Below are positions 21,028 through 29,675 of a stretch of DNA of 64,000 bases, piece after piece; the first letter of the stretch is position 1; the number at the start of each line of letters is the position of its first letter. The translations under genes and the position numbers were made by a program. The notes beneath the pieces are model-generated. The model saw nothing but the letters and a program-made list of their open reading frames with translations, did no database searches and was not told the DNA's origin. Source of the DNA: Bacillota bacterium (GTDB lineage Bacteria > Bacillota > Clostridia > Christensenellales > Aristaeellaceae); assembly GCA_029548395.1 (NCBI GenBank), contig JAKPNM010000005.1, forward strand, positions 815-64,814. Reading direction: 5' to 3'.

Positions 21028-22521
21028 ATGCTGGAAATGAAGGGCATCTCCAAATCTTTTTTTGGTGTCAGGGTGCTCGATAAAGTCGATCTGACCGTGG
21101 GCCACGGCGAGGTTCACGCACTGCTTGGTGAGAACGGGGCGGGCAAGTCCACCCTGATGAACATTCTGGGCGGCGTGTACACGCGCGACGCCGGCCAGGT
21201 TATTTTTTTGGGCAAGCCGCTGGAGAACACCACGGTGCGTCTGGCGGAGAATGCCGGCATCGCTTTTGTTCACCAGGAACTCAACCTTTTCAACGATCTG
21301 CGTGTGTATGAAAACATCTTTCTGCGCAAGGAGATTGTGCATTCCTTTGGGGTCCTGGCCAAAAAGGAGATGATCGCCCGCACGCAGGAATTAATGGCGC
21401 AGCTGGGCGTGGACATCCCCGCCACCGCCATGGTATCGGAGCTGGAGACCAGCAAAAAGCAAATGCTGGAGATTGCCAAGGCCTTGTACGCCAAGGCTGA
21501 GCTGTTTATCCTGGATGAGCCCACTACCTCCCTGAACACCGCGGAGATCGAGATGCTTTTTGACCTGATCCGCCGCCTGAGGGAACACGGAAAATCCTTT
21601 ATCTTTATTTCCCACAAGCTCCAGGAGGTCTTTGAGATTGCTGACCGCTACACCGTGCTGCGCAACGGGCAGATGGTACAAACCGGGGACATCGCCCAGG
21701 TCACCGCCACCGATATCGCGCGCATGATGGTAGGTCAGCAGTATACGGATCAAAGCGTCTATCAGCCACGTGAACTGGGCGAGGTGGTGCTGAAGGCGGA
21801 GAAGCTGTCCGGCCAGGGTTTCCGTCAGGTCTCCTTTTCCGTGCGCCGCGGCGAGATTGTAGGATTCACAGGGCTCAAGGGCGCGGGCATTTCGGAGATG
21901 TTCTCCACCATCTTTGGTGCGCTGCCCATCTACGGCGGCAAGCTCACCTTGTTTGGCGAGGAGATTACCAGCAACACCGTGCGCGGCGCCATGCGCAGGC
22001 GGCTGGCCATGATACCTTCCAACCGCAAGGAAAACTCCGTCATTCCGGATTTTTCGCTGCTGGAAAACTTCTATATTTCTGAACACCGCCTCTCTGAGAA
22101 TGAGCCGATCATCAACAAAAACACGGAACTGAAGCGCTATGGAACGCACCGGGATGCGCTGTCCATCAAGGCCAACACACCCTATGATATGATTACCTCG
22201 CTGTCAGGCGGCAACCAGCAAAAGGTGATCCTGGCGCGCTGGCTGAATACCCGGTCAGACATCCTGCTGCTGGACAATCCCACCCAGGGCATCGATGTGG
22301 GCTCCAAGGCGGAGATATACAGCCTGATCCAGCAACTGGCCCTTGAAGGCAAGACCATCCTGGTCAACACCCTGGAAATCCCCGAGATCATGAAAGTCGC
22401 TGACCGCTGCGTGGTATTTTTTCACGGGCGCGTCCACACCATTCTCGACCGCGAGCAGATTACCGAGGAACGGGTCATGATCGCGGCGACCAACGCAGCA
22501 CAAACGGAGGTAAACGCGTAA
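21028..22521 (+). CDS. Sugar ABC transporter ATP-binding protein (tandem NBDs)
   Basis: MLEMKGISKSF..., Walker A GENGAGKST, and a second, degenerate NBD typical of RbsA/MglA-type importers. About 497 aa. Confidence 0.85.
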   Translation: MLEMKGISKSFFGVRVLDKVDLTVGHGEVHALLGENGAGKSTLMNILGGVYTRDAGQVIFLGKPLENTTVRLAENAGIAFVHQELNLFNDLRVYENIFLRKEIVHSFGVLAKKEMIARTQELMAQLGVDIPATAMVSELETSKKQMLEIAKALYAKAELFILDEPTTSLNTAEIEMLFDLIRRLREHGKSFIFISHKLQEVFEIADRYTVLRNGQMVQTGDIAQVTATDIARMMVGQQYTDQSVYQPRELGEVVLKAEKLSGQGFRQVSFSVRRGEIVGFTGLKGAGISEMFSTIFGALPIYGGKLTLFGEEITSNTVRGAMRRRLAMIPSNRKENSVIPDFSLLENFYISEHRLSENEPIINKNTELKRYGTHRDALSIKANTPYDMITSLSGGNQQKVILARWLNTRSDILLLDNPTQGIDVGSKAEIYSLIQQLALEGKTILVNTLEIPEIMKVADRCVVFFHGRVHTILDREQITEERVMIAATNAAQTEVNA

Positions 22522-22522
22522 G

Positions 22523-23545
22523 ATGTCGACGATCACTACCCAGGACAAGCCAAAACAATCCATCACCAAAGTGCTGGGCAACTACAGCTTCATCCTGATT
22601 TTTTTCGCCATTTTGCTCGTCTACCTGATCATTAATGCGGGCGCTACCACCTGGTCAGGTGTGATGAACATCCTTCGCCACTCGACAGTGGTCGGTATCA
22701 TCGCCTTTGGCATGGGCTTGACCATCATCACCGGAGGCATCGACCTGTCGGTTGGCAGCATGCTCTCCCTGATTGGCGGCATCTCCGTGGTAGTCTTCAA
22801 CGCCACCAACAGCCCGATTTTGACTTTGCTGTTCGCGCTGACCGGCGGTTTTGTGCTGGGCAGCATCAATGGGCTGCTGATTGGCAAGGTGAAGATGCCT
22901 CCCTTTATTGTCACCTTGGCTACCATGATGATTTACCGTTCGATCGCCCAGTATTACCTGCGCGCGGTGGAGCGCAAGTCCATCTACAATATGGACGGCA
23001 CGCTCAGCGCCTACCAAGGCTTTTATGATTTTGGCCAAAGCAAGCTCTTTGACCTGATTCCCACCGTGGGCATCATCCTGATCCTGGTAACTGTGGTCAT
23101 GGTCTTCCTGTCCACCTCCACCAAGTACGGCCGCACCATCTACGCGGTGGGCAGCAATGAACGCGCGGCGATGCTGGCGGGCATCTCGGTGGAATGGGTG
23201 CGTGTGAGCGTGTATGTGCTCACCGGCGTGCTGTGCGGCCTGGCCGCTTTCATCTGGCTGGCCATGAACGGCTCGGTTGACCCGGCCACTTTGGGGCGCA
23301 GCAATGAGATGTATGCCATTGCTGCCGTAGTGATTGGCGGGGTCAGCATGTCCGGGGGAAAGGGCAACCTGCTGGGCATCCTTTTCGGCGCGATGAGCTA
23401 CAATATAATCGACAAAATCATTGCCGCCATGCGTTTTGACGCGCTCATCAACGACACCATCAAGGGCGCCATCCTGCTGGTGGCTGTGCTGATTCAAATC
23501 ATGATCCCGGTGCTGCGCGGCAAGTTCCGCAAGAAGGAAGCCTGA
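22523..23545 (+). CDS. Sugar ABC transporter permease (RbsC/BPD_transp_2-like)
   Basis: 340 aa and polytopic. GGIDLSVGS motif. The start is 1 nt after the ATPase stop. Confidence 0.85.
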   Translation: MSTITTQDKPKQSITKVLGNYSFILIFFAILLVYLIINAGATTWSGVMNILRHSTVVGIIAFGMGLTIITGGIDLSVGSMLSLIGGISVVVFNATNSPILTLLFALTGGFVLGSINGLLIGKVKMPPFIVTLATMMIYRSIAQYYLRAVERKSIYNMDGTLSAYQGFYDFGQSKLFDLIPTVGIILILVTVVMVFLSTSTKYGRTIYAVGSNERAAMLAGISVEWVRVSVYVLTGVLCGLAAFIWLAMNGSVDPATLGRSNEMYAIAAVVIGGVSMSGGKGNLLGILFGAMSYNIIDKIIAAMRFDALINDTIKGAILLVAVLIQIMIPVLRGKFRKKEA

Positions 23546-23562
23546 GCCTTTCATGGCAGACC

Positions 23563-23588
23563 AACCGGCATCCGCCGGTTTTTTGTTG
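23563..23588 (+). terminator. Intrinsic terminator of the sugar ABC locus
   Basis: AACCGGC-ATCC-GCCGGTT followed by TTTTGTTG. Confidence 0.7.
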
Positions 23589-23620
23589 ATACCTATAAAA
23601 CAGAAAAACAAGCGCTTTGC

Positions 23621-23649
23621 TTGTCAGTTGCCTGGCTGCTTGCTATACT
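23621..23649 (+). promoter_or_regulatory. Putative promoter of the seven-gene array
   Basis: TTGTCA, 17-nt spacer, TATACT. It leaves a leader of about 165 nt before the ATG at 23818. Confidence 0.5.
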
Positions 23650-23817
23650 GCCTTTAGTGCGTCATCCTGAACAGACGGGTGAACGCACAGACAGGCAGAA
23701 GGTTTTTGATGGTTCCGCTCAACTGGAGGATTGCGCCTGGCGGAGCGATGCGGTGGCGCAAGCAAACCATTTCAACAAAAAGTGTGATTGAGCATGGTTT
23801 CAAAAGGAGGAGGTCTT

Positions 23818-24954
23818 ATGTGGCAGGACAGAAAGCGCTGGCTGCCCCTGGCCATCGGACTGATGCTTCTGGCCTTCGCACTGTACCGTTTTGATGCCAT
23901 CATCACCCTGTTTAAAACGCTGTTGTCCATTTTGACCCCGTTTATCATGGGGCTGTTCATGGCATTGTTGATCAACCTGCCGCTGCGCCTGCTGGAGCGG
24001 GTCATCATCCTGCCGGTTACCCGCCCCGCGCTTCAGAAGATGCGCCGCGCCATTACGCTTTCCTTGTCTGTCCTGATTGTTGGAGTGGTCATCGCGCTGC
24101 TGCTGATTGTGATCATTCCCGAGGTCAGCGGCGCGGTTGAGCGCCTGATCCGCGTGATCCCCGGCCTGCTCAAGGACCTTGAGCTGTGGCTGACAGAGCG
24201 CAATGCCAACGTGCGCCAGACCCTGGGGCTGGCAGAGACCAACGAGGGGGAGGTGCGCGACATCTTCCAGCGGGCTTATCAGTTTCTTGTGGGCGGGCTT
24301 TCCTATTCCTCAGGCGTGGTCATCTCAGCTGCCGGTTTTCTGGTCAACCTTGTTGTCGGGCTGGTGTTTGCCATTTATCTGCTGTTTAGCAAGGAGGTCA
24401 TTCAGAACCAGTTCTCCCGCTTGCTGCGCAGCCTGCTGCCGCTCCGGGTCAGCCGACGCGCACTGGAAATTTCTCGGATGCTGATTCGCGCCTATACCAA
24501 CTTTCTGGGCGGTCAGCTGCTGCAGGCTTTTATCTCCTCAGTGCTGACCACGCTGGTGCTGATAATATTCGGATTCCCCTATGCGGTGCTCATCGGGCTG
24601 ATTACCTTTGTTTCAGCGCTGATCCCGGTCTTTGGCCCCTTCATTTCGGGCGTCCTGGGCATGTTGCTGGTGCTGACGGTGAGCCCGTCCCAGACCCTGT
24701 GGTTTTTATTGGCCTTCTTCATTGTCCAGCAGCTCAGCGGCTCGGTCATCTACCCGCGCATCATGTCCAATGCCATTGATATTCCCTCCATTTGGGTGCT
24801 GGTGGCAGTGACCCTGGGCGGCGGCATCATGGGCATTCCAGGCATGCTGCTGTTTATCCCGCTGACCGCTGTTGCCTTTCATTTAGTCAGCGAGTACGTC
24901 AGCAAAAAGGAACAGGCAGCCAGGGGCACGGAGCAGCACATTGATACATTGTGA
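23818..24954 (+). CDS. AI-2E family transporter (PerM/UPF0118)
   Basis: ATG at 23818 follows AAAGGAGGAGG. About 378 aa and polytopic, with a PerM-like C-terminal half (...LIPVFGPFISG...IYPRIM...). Confidence 0.75.
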   Translation: MWQDRKRWLPLAIGLMLLAFALYRFDAIITLFKTLLSILTPFIMGLFMALLINLPLRLLERVIILPVTRPALQKMRRAITLSLSVLIVGVVIALLLIVIIPEVSGAVERLIRVIPGLLKDLELWLTERNANVRQTLGLAETNEGEVRDIFQRAYQFLVGGLSYSSGVVISAAGFLVNLVVGLVFAIYLLFSKEVIQNQFSRLLRSLLPLRVSRRALEISRMLIRAYTNFLGGQLLQAFISSVLTTLVLIIFGFPYAVLIGLITFVSALIPVFGPFISGVLGMLLVLTVSPSQTLWFLLAFFIVQQLSGSVIYPRIMSNAIDIPSIWVLVAVTLGGGIMGIPGMLLFIPLTAVAFHLVSEYVSKKEQAARGTEQHIDTL

Positions 24955-25819
24955 CAATCTGACCCGCGCCTTTGAAGGGGACGGGGTTTTTGACATCAGC
25001 CTGCAGGTGCAGGCAGGGCAGACCCTGGGTTTGCTGGGACCCACCGGCGCCGGCAAGTCGGTATTGCTGCGTGTGCTGGCTGGACACCTGCGCGCGCAGG
25101 CCGGAACCGCTTCTGTTTTTGGGCTGGATTGCTGGCGCGACCGCCGTCGGATCTTTCGCCGGGCTGTCTATGCGCCCATGGTGCCCGCGCTTGAAATGCG
25201 CATGACCGGGGAAGAGTACCTGAACTTTTCCGCGCGATACCATGGTGGCTTCAATCCGCAAAAAGCACGCCGGTTGACCGAGCAGATGGATATCCCCCTG
25301 ACCGGGCAGTGCCGCCGGATGGGGCAGGAGGAAAGAAAAAAGCTGGGTTTGCTGGCTGCCCTGGCGCTGGACGCGGAAGTCTTCCTGTTGGATGAACCCT
25401 TTGGCAGCCTGTCCGCTTTTGCCCGGGGCGCGCTGGCCGATGCGCTGCAGGCGCTGCGCCAATCCGGCGCCGCCGTGCTGATGACCTCCCATGTGCTGGA
25501 AGAGGTGCGCCGTGCCTGCAGCCACATCGCCATCATCCGCCAGGGGCGTCTGGTTGTCACGCAGCCGGTGGAAGCTTTGAGCCTGACCCGGCAGAAGGTG
25601 TATCACATCACCTTTAACAGCCCTCAGCAAGCCGCTTCTTTTGCCGCTGAATGGGAAGCCGGGGTTGAGCTCATCGGCACCCGGGCCCTGGTGGCCATTC
25701 CGGCCAGTCCGCAGGCCCTGCTGCGCACCCTGGCGCGCTATGAGGTGGTGGATTTGATTGGCGGGCGCGAGGATGCCGAAGAAGGCTTCCTGCGTTATTA
25801 CGGGGATGATATCGTATGA
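24941..25819 (+). CDS. ABC transporter ATP-binding protein (single NBD) with atypical signature and D-loop
   Basis: TTG start sits inside the 3' end of the AI-2E gene. Walker A GPTGAGKS, Walker B VFLLDEP and H-loop TSHV are present. The signature position reads RMGQEERKK instead of LSxGxxQ(R/K). Confidence 0.75.
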   Translation: MIHCDNLTRAFEGDGVFDISLQVQAGQTLGLLGPTGAGKSVLLRVLAGHLRAQAGTASVFGLDCWRDRRRIFRRAVYAPMVPALEMRMTGEEYLNFSARYHGGFNPQKARRLTEQMDIPLTGQCRRMGQEERKKLGLLAALALDAEVFLLDEPFGSLSAFARGALADALQALRQSGAAVLMTSHVLEEVRRACSHIAIIRQGRLVVTQPVEALSLTRQKVYHITFNSPQQAASFAAEWEAGVELIGTRALVAIPASPQALLRTLARYEVVDLIGGREDAEEGFLRYYGDDIV

Positions 25820-26589
25820 TCAGCGCTTTGTTTTTTGCCAGATTCCGCCCCAAGAGCCTGCTGATATGGCTGCTTGCCGCCCTTGTGCTGGGCGCGGGCG
25901 CGGTTGCGGCTTACCTGCCTTCCCCGCTGGAACAGCTTCGTTTTCTGCGTGGCGAGATGCCCGAATTATTTACCGTTCTGGGTTTCGTGGGCGACAGCAA
26001 CCTGCCTGCCTTTGTGCTCAGCGCTCTGTATGGCCTGCTGCTGCCGATCCTGGCCAATATGCAGGCGGTGTCCTTGGGAAGGCACCTGCTTGCCCGGCCG
26101 CTGGCGGACGGACGCCTTGCGCAGCTGCTGGCTGCGCCCCATGCCAGGGCGTCTGTCCTGCTGCTTCACTTTCTGGCCTTGGCAGTTTGGGTCGTGCTCA
26201 CGCAGGCTGCCTGCCTGGCTGGTCAGATGCTTTCAGCCGTGTTGCTTTTCCCGGTGGCGGATCTGGCCGCGCTGTCACAACTGACTATTGGCTTTATCCC
26301 GACAGCGCTGCTGCTGTCTGCTTTTTGCTGCCTGCTGGCGCTGGTGTCGCCGTCTGAAGCGCGTTATGCCCGCCGCGCACGCTTGCTGCTTGCCCTGATG
26401 CTGATCCTGGCCATGGCCGGCCGCCTGTCCGGCTGGACGCGTTTGCGTTTATTCAGCGTCTGGAGCCTGTTTGATGGCCGCAGCCTGGCTTTCGGCGCGG
26501 GCGGCTGGGGCCTGGCCGGCCTGGCAGGTGGACTGACCCTGGTATGTTTGGCAGCCGCGCTGCTTTATTTCCAACAGCGAGAGCTGTAA
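25816..26589 (+). CDS. ABC-2-type membrane permease (hypothetical)
   Basis: 257 aa with about 6 hydrophobic segments. ATGA overlap with the ATPase gene. Confidence 0.6.
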   Translation: MISALFFARFRPKSLLIWLLAALVLGAGAVAAYLPSPLEQLRFLRGEMPELFTVLGFVGDSNLPAFVLSALYGLLLPILANMQAVSLGRHLLARPLADGRLAQLLAAPHARASVLLLHFLALAVWVVLTQAACLAGQMLSAVLLFPVADLAALSQLTIGFIPTALLLSAFCCLLALVSPSEARYARRARLLLALMLILAMAGRLSGWTRLRLFSVWSLFDGRSLAFGAGGWGLAGLAGGLTLVCLAAALLYFQQREL

Positions 26590-26604
26590 AGGAAGGTGAT
26601 GTCG

Positions 26605-28878
26605 ATGTCCGGCTTTGTGGTGCATCCCTGGAAGGTCATTCAGTCCAGCTTCGATCCGGAGGCGCAGCGCTTTGCCGAAAGCCTGATGTCCCTGGGCAAC
26701 GGCGCGATGGGACTGAGGGGCAACTTTGAAGAGGCGTATTCCGGTGACAGCCTGCAGGGCACCTACATCGGCGGCGTCTGGTTTCCGGACAAGACGCGCG
26801 TGGGCTGGTGGAAGAACGGCTACCCGCAATACTTTGGCAAGGTCATCAACGCCATGAACCTCATCGGCCTGAAGGTGGAGGTGGACGGGGTATGCCTGGA
26901 TGCTGCGCGGCTGGATGTGGTGCGCTTTTACCGTGAGCTGGATATGTATACCGGTATTCTTCGCCGTCAGATGGCGCTGCGCACGCCTCAGGGCATGGTC
27001 AGCATCACGGCGGAGCGTTTTGTGTCCATGGCGGACGCTACCTGCCTGGCATTGCGCTATGAGGTTACGGCAGATTATCACGCCACGGTGGATATCATCG
27101 CCTTCCTGGATGGTGAGGTGCGCAACGAGGACAGCAATTATGATGAGGTATTCTGGGAACAGACAGATGCCGGCGTCGTTGAGCACGCCCAGGGCGCCTA
27201 CCTTGTCAGCCGTACCCGTGGCAACCCCTTTCATACGCCGCGGTTTACGGTAGCGGGCGCCTTCCGGGTACAAACCGATATGGAATACATCACCGATGAG
27301 GCCAGGCTGGGCTATGCCGGTCTGACCTTCCATAAAACCATCGCGCCAGGCGAGAAGGCCGCGCTGGACAAGATCATCTGTGTAGCGACCGACCGGGATT
27401 ACGCGGCTGACGACCTGGCTGACACTGCGAAGCGCTTTGTGCGCGGCTCCGCCAAATTGGGCTATGAGGGGCTCAAGGCGCTGCACACCGCTGCCTGGGC
27501 CGCCAAATGGGAGCGCGCGGACGTCACCATAGAGGGGGACGAGGCAGCCCAGCAGGGCATCCGCTTTAACCTTTTCCACCTGCTGTCCACCTACACGGGG
27601 GAGGATGCCCGGCTCAACATCGGACCCAAGGGGTTTACCGGGGAAAAGTATGGCGGCGCCACCTACTGGGATACCGAAGCGTACTGCTTTCCGGTTTACA
27701 TGGCAGTTGCCGGGCAGGAGGTGGCCAGGCAGCTGTTGCGCTATCGCCATGAGCAACTGCCCGGCGCCTACCACAACGCCGCCCGGCAGGGGCTGCCCGG
27801 CGCGCTGTATCCTATGGTCACCTTCAATGGCATAGAATGCCATAACGAGTGGGAGATCACCTTCATGGAGATCCACCGCAACGGCGCCATTGCGCACGCG
27901 ATTTACGAATACACCACCTACACCGGGGACAGATCCTACCTGCTGGATGAGGGCCTGGACGTGTTGCTGGGCATCGCACGTTTCTGGCTGGGCCGCGTGC
28001 ACTTCAATGAGCGCACCGGGCGTTACATGATTCATGGCGTCACCGGCCCCAATGAGTACGAGAACAACGTCAACAACAACTGGTACACCAACCGCATCGC
28101 TGCCTGGTGCCTGGATTTTTTCCGCTATGCCTATCTGGATGCCCCTGCGCAAAAGCAGGCGCAGCTTGGCGTATCCCGGGATGAGCTTGCGCGCATGGAA
28201 CAGGTGGCGCAAAAGATGTACTACCCTGTGGATGAGCAATTGGGCATCTTTGTCCAGCACGATACCTTCCTTGACAAGCACATCATGCCGGCGGACCGGT
28301 TGCCGCCTGAGGACAGGCCGCTGAATCAGCACTGGAGCTGGGACCGCATCCTGCGCTCCTGCTTTATCAAGCAGGCTGATGTGCTTCAGGGACTGTACTT
28401 CCTGGGCCACCTCTATGACCGGGACACCAAGAAGCGCAATTTTGATTTCTATGAGCCTCTGACCGTGCACGAGTCCTCGCTCTCGCCTTGCGTGCACGCC
28501 ATTCTGGCTGCTGAGATCGGCTATGAACAAAAGGCGGTGGAACTGTATCACCGCACTGCGCGGCTGGATTTGGACAACATCAACAACGACACCGAGGACG
28601 GCCTTCATATCACCAGCATGTCCGGTTCCTGGCTGGTGATCGCCCGCGGCTTTGCCGGCATGCGTACCGACAACGGGCTGTCCCTGTGGCCCTTCCTGCC
28701 CAGCGGCTGGACAGCCTACTCCTTCCGATTTGATTACCGTGGTCGCGTGATCAACCTGGCGATGGACGGTGCGGGCGTCAAGCTGACGCTGGTGTCCGGG
28801 CCTGCTATTTCGCTGCGTGTGTGGGACGAGACCATCCGCTTGGAACAAGAATGGACGAAACAGGGGGACGGACAATGA
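26605..28878 (+). CDS. Glycoside hydrolase family 65 disaccharide phosphorylase (maltose-phosphorylase-like)
   Basis: Closely resembles my recollection of Lactobacillus brevis maltose phosphorylase along its length (HPW.V..S.FDP, LGNG.MG.RG.FEE.YSGDSLQG.Y.GGVW.PDKTRVGWWKNGYP.YFGKV, GPKGFTGEKYGGATYWDTEA, HGVTGPNEYENNVNNNW, FYEPLTVHESSLSP). I prefer the ATG at 26605 (8 nt after GGAAGG); GTG 26596 and ATG 26599 are alternatives. Confidence 0.9.
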   Translation: MSGFVVHPWKVIQSSFDPEAQRFAESLMSLGNGAMGLRGNFEEAYSGDSLQGTYIGGVWFPDKTRVGWWKNGYPQYFGKVINAMNLIGLKVEVDGVCLDAARLDVVRFYRELDMYTGILRRQMALRTPQGMVSITAERFVSMADATCLALRYEVTADYHATVDIIAFLDGEVRNEDSNYDEVFWEQTDAGVVEHAQGAYLVSRTRGNPFHTPRFTVAGAFRVQTDMEYITDEARLGYAGLTFHKTIAPGEKAALDKIICVATDRDYAADDLADTAKRFVRGSAKLGYEGLKALHTAAWAAKWERADVTIEGDEAAQQGIRFNLFHLLSTYTGEDARLNIGPKGFTGEKYGGATYWDTEAYCFPVYMAVAGQEVARQLLRYRHEQLPGAYHNAARQGLPGALYPMVTFNGIECHNEWEITFMEIHRNGAIAHAIYEYTTYTGDRSYLLDEGLDVLLGIARFWLGRVHFNERTGRYMIHGVTGPNEYENNVNNNWYTNRIAAWCLDFFRYAYLDAPAQKQAQLGVSRDELARMEQVAQKMYYPVDEQLGIFVQHDTFLDKHIMPADRLPPEDRPLNQHWSWDRILRSCFIKQADVLQGLYFLGHLYDRDTKKRNFDFYEPLTVHESSLSPCVHAILAAEIGYEQKAVELYHRTARLDLDNINNDTEDGLHITSMSGSWLVIARGFAGMRTDNGLSLWPFLPSGWTAYSFRFDYRGRVINLAMDGAGVKLTLVSGPAISLRVWDETIRLEQEWTKQGDGQ

Positions 28879-29675
28879 AAAAGCTATTTATTTCTGCGGA
28901 CATTGAGGGCACCTGCGGCATCGCTGCCTGGGACGAGACACACAAAGGCCATCCGGATTATGAGCGATATGCCCTGCGCATGAGCCGCGAGGTGGCCGCC
29001 GCCTGCGAAGGCGCGCTGGAGGGCGGCATGGACCTGGTCATGGTGCGAGATGCTCATGGTTCGGCGCGCAACCTGGACTGGTCCTGCCTGCCCAGGCAGG
29101 TGCAGCTGATCCGCGGCTGGGGCCAGGATCCGCTGTGCATGATGTCCGGTCTGGATGAATCCTTCTACGGCGCGGTGTTCACCGGCTACCACGATCTGGC
29201 AGGTTCCGGGGAAAACCCGCTGTCACACACCATGTCCACCAGTCTTGTGTGGTTGACGCTCAATGGCGAGCCTTTGGGCGAAGCGCACATCAATGCTTAC
29301 ACCGCGGCCCTTTATCGGGTGCCGCTGCTGGCGCTTAGCGGGGACAGCGGCATCTGCGCCAAGGCCAAGGCCCTGGTGCCCGCATGCAGGACGGTGGCGG
29401 TCAACCGCGGCGCCGGCAACCTGGTGCACAGCATTCACCCGGAGGTGGCCCTTGTCAAAATCCGCGAAGCCGTGCGCCAGGCCTGCCAGGAGAGACGAGA
29501 GTCTTTCGCCCTGAATTTGCCGGATACCTTCCGTCTGGACGTGCGCTTTTCACAGCACGCCAAGGCGTACTCCGCCGGCTTTTATCCGGGTGTCAAGCGC
29601 CTGGACAGCCACACGCTGCGCTATGAGGCGGATGACTGGTACGAGGTGCTGCGCATGATGCATTTTTGCCTATGA
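28875..29675 (+). CDS. M55 (DppA-type D-aminopeptidase) family protein
   Basis: MKKLFISADIEGTCGIA...VRDAHGS... resembles the DppA N-terminus. ATGA overlap with the GH65 gene. About 266 aa. Confidence 0.7.
   Translation: MKKLFISADIEGTCGIAAWDETHKGHPDYERYALRMSREVAAACEGALEGGMDLVMVRDAHGSARNLDWSCLPRQVQLIRGWGQDPLCMMSGLDESFYGAVFTGYHDLAGSGENPLSHTMSTSLVWLTLNGEPLGEAHINAYTAALYRVPLLALSGDSGICAKAKALVPACRTVAVNRGAGNLVHSIHPEVALVKIREAVRQACQERRESFALNLPDTFRLDVRFSQHAKAYSAGFYPGVKRLDSHTLRYEADDWYEVLRMMHFCL

Noticed and set aside
23680-23775. Possible c-di-GMP-I (GEMM-I) riboswitch, suggested by ACGCACAG...GGCAGAAGG and GGCGCAAGCAAACC, which recall segments of the Vibrio Vc2 aptamer.
   Set aside because: The order and spacing of the segments, the missing GNRA tetraloop/receptor hairpin and the absent GACGCAAAGCC...CCGG core do not fit the GEMM-I architecture as I remember it. 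Only an Rfam covariance search could revive the idea.
23679-23894. A 71-aa plus-strand ORF inside the leader of the AI-2E gene.
   Set aside because: It has no Shine-Dalgarno site, it overlaps the well-supported start at 23818 in another frame, and it is Arg-rich and low-complexity. I treat the region as a structured non-coding leader.
26449-28875. An 808-aa ORF on the minus strand covering the whole GH65 gene.
   Set aside because: It lies exactly antisense to a very well supported gene. Stops in this antisense frame correspond to sense codons CTA/TTA/TCA, which a GC-rich genome avoids, so long 'shadow' ORFs are expected. The translation is low-complexity (rich in R, G, A, P, H, Q, V), and there is no RBS or recognisable domain.
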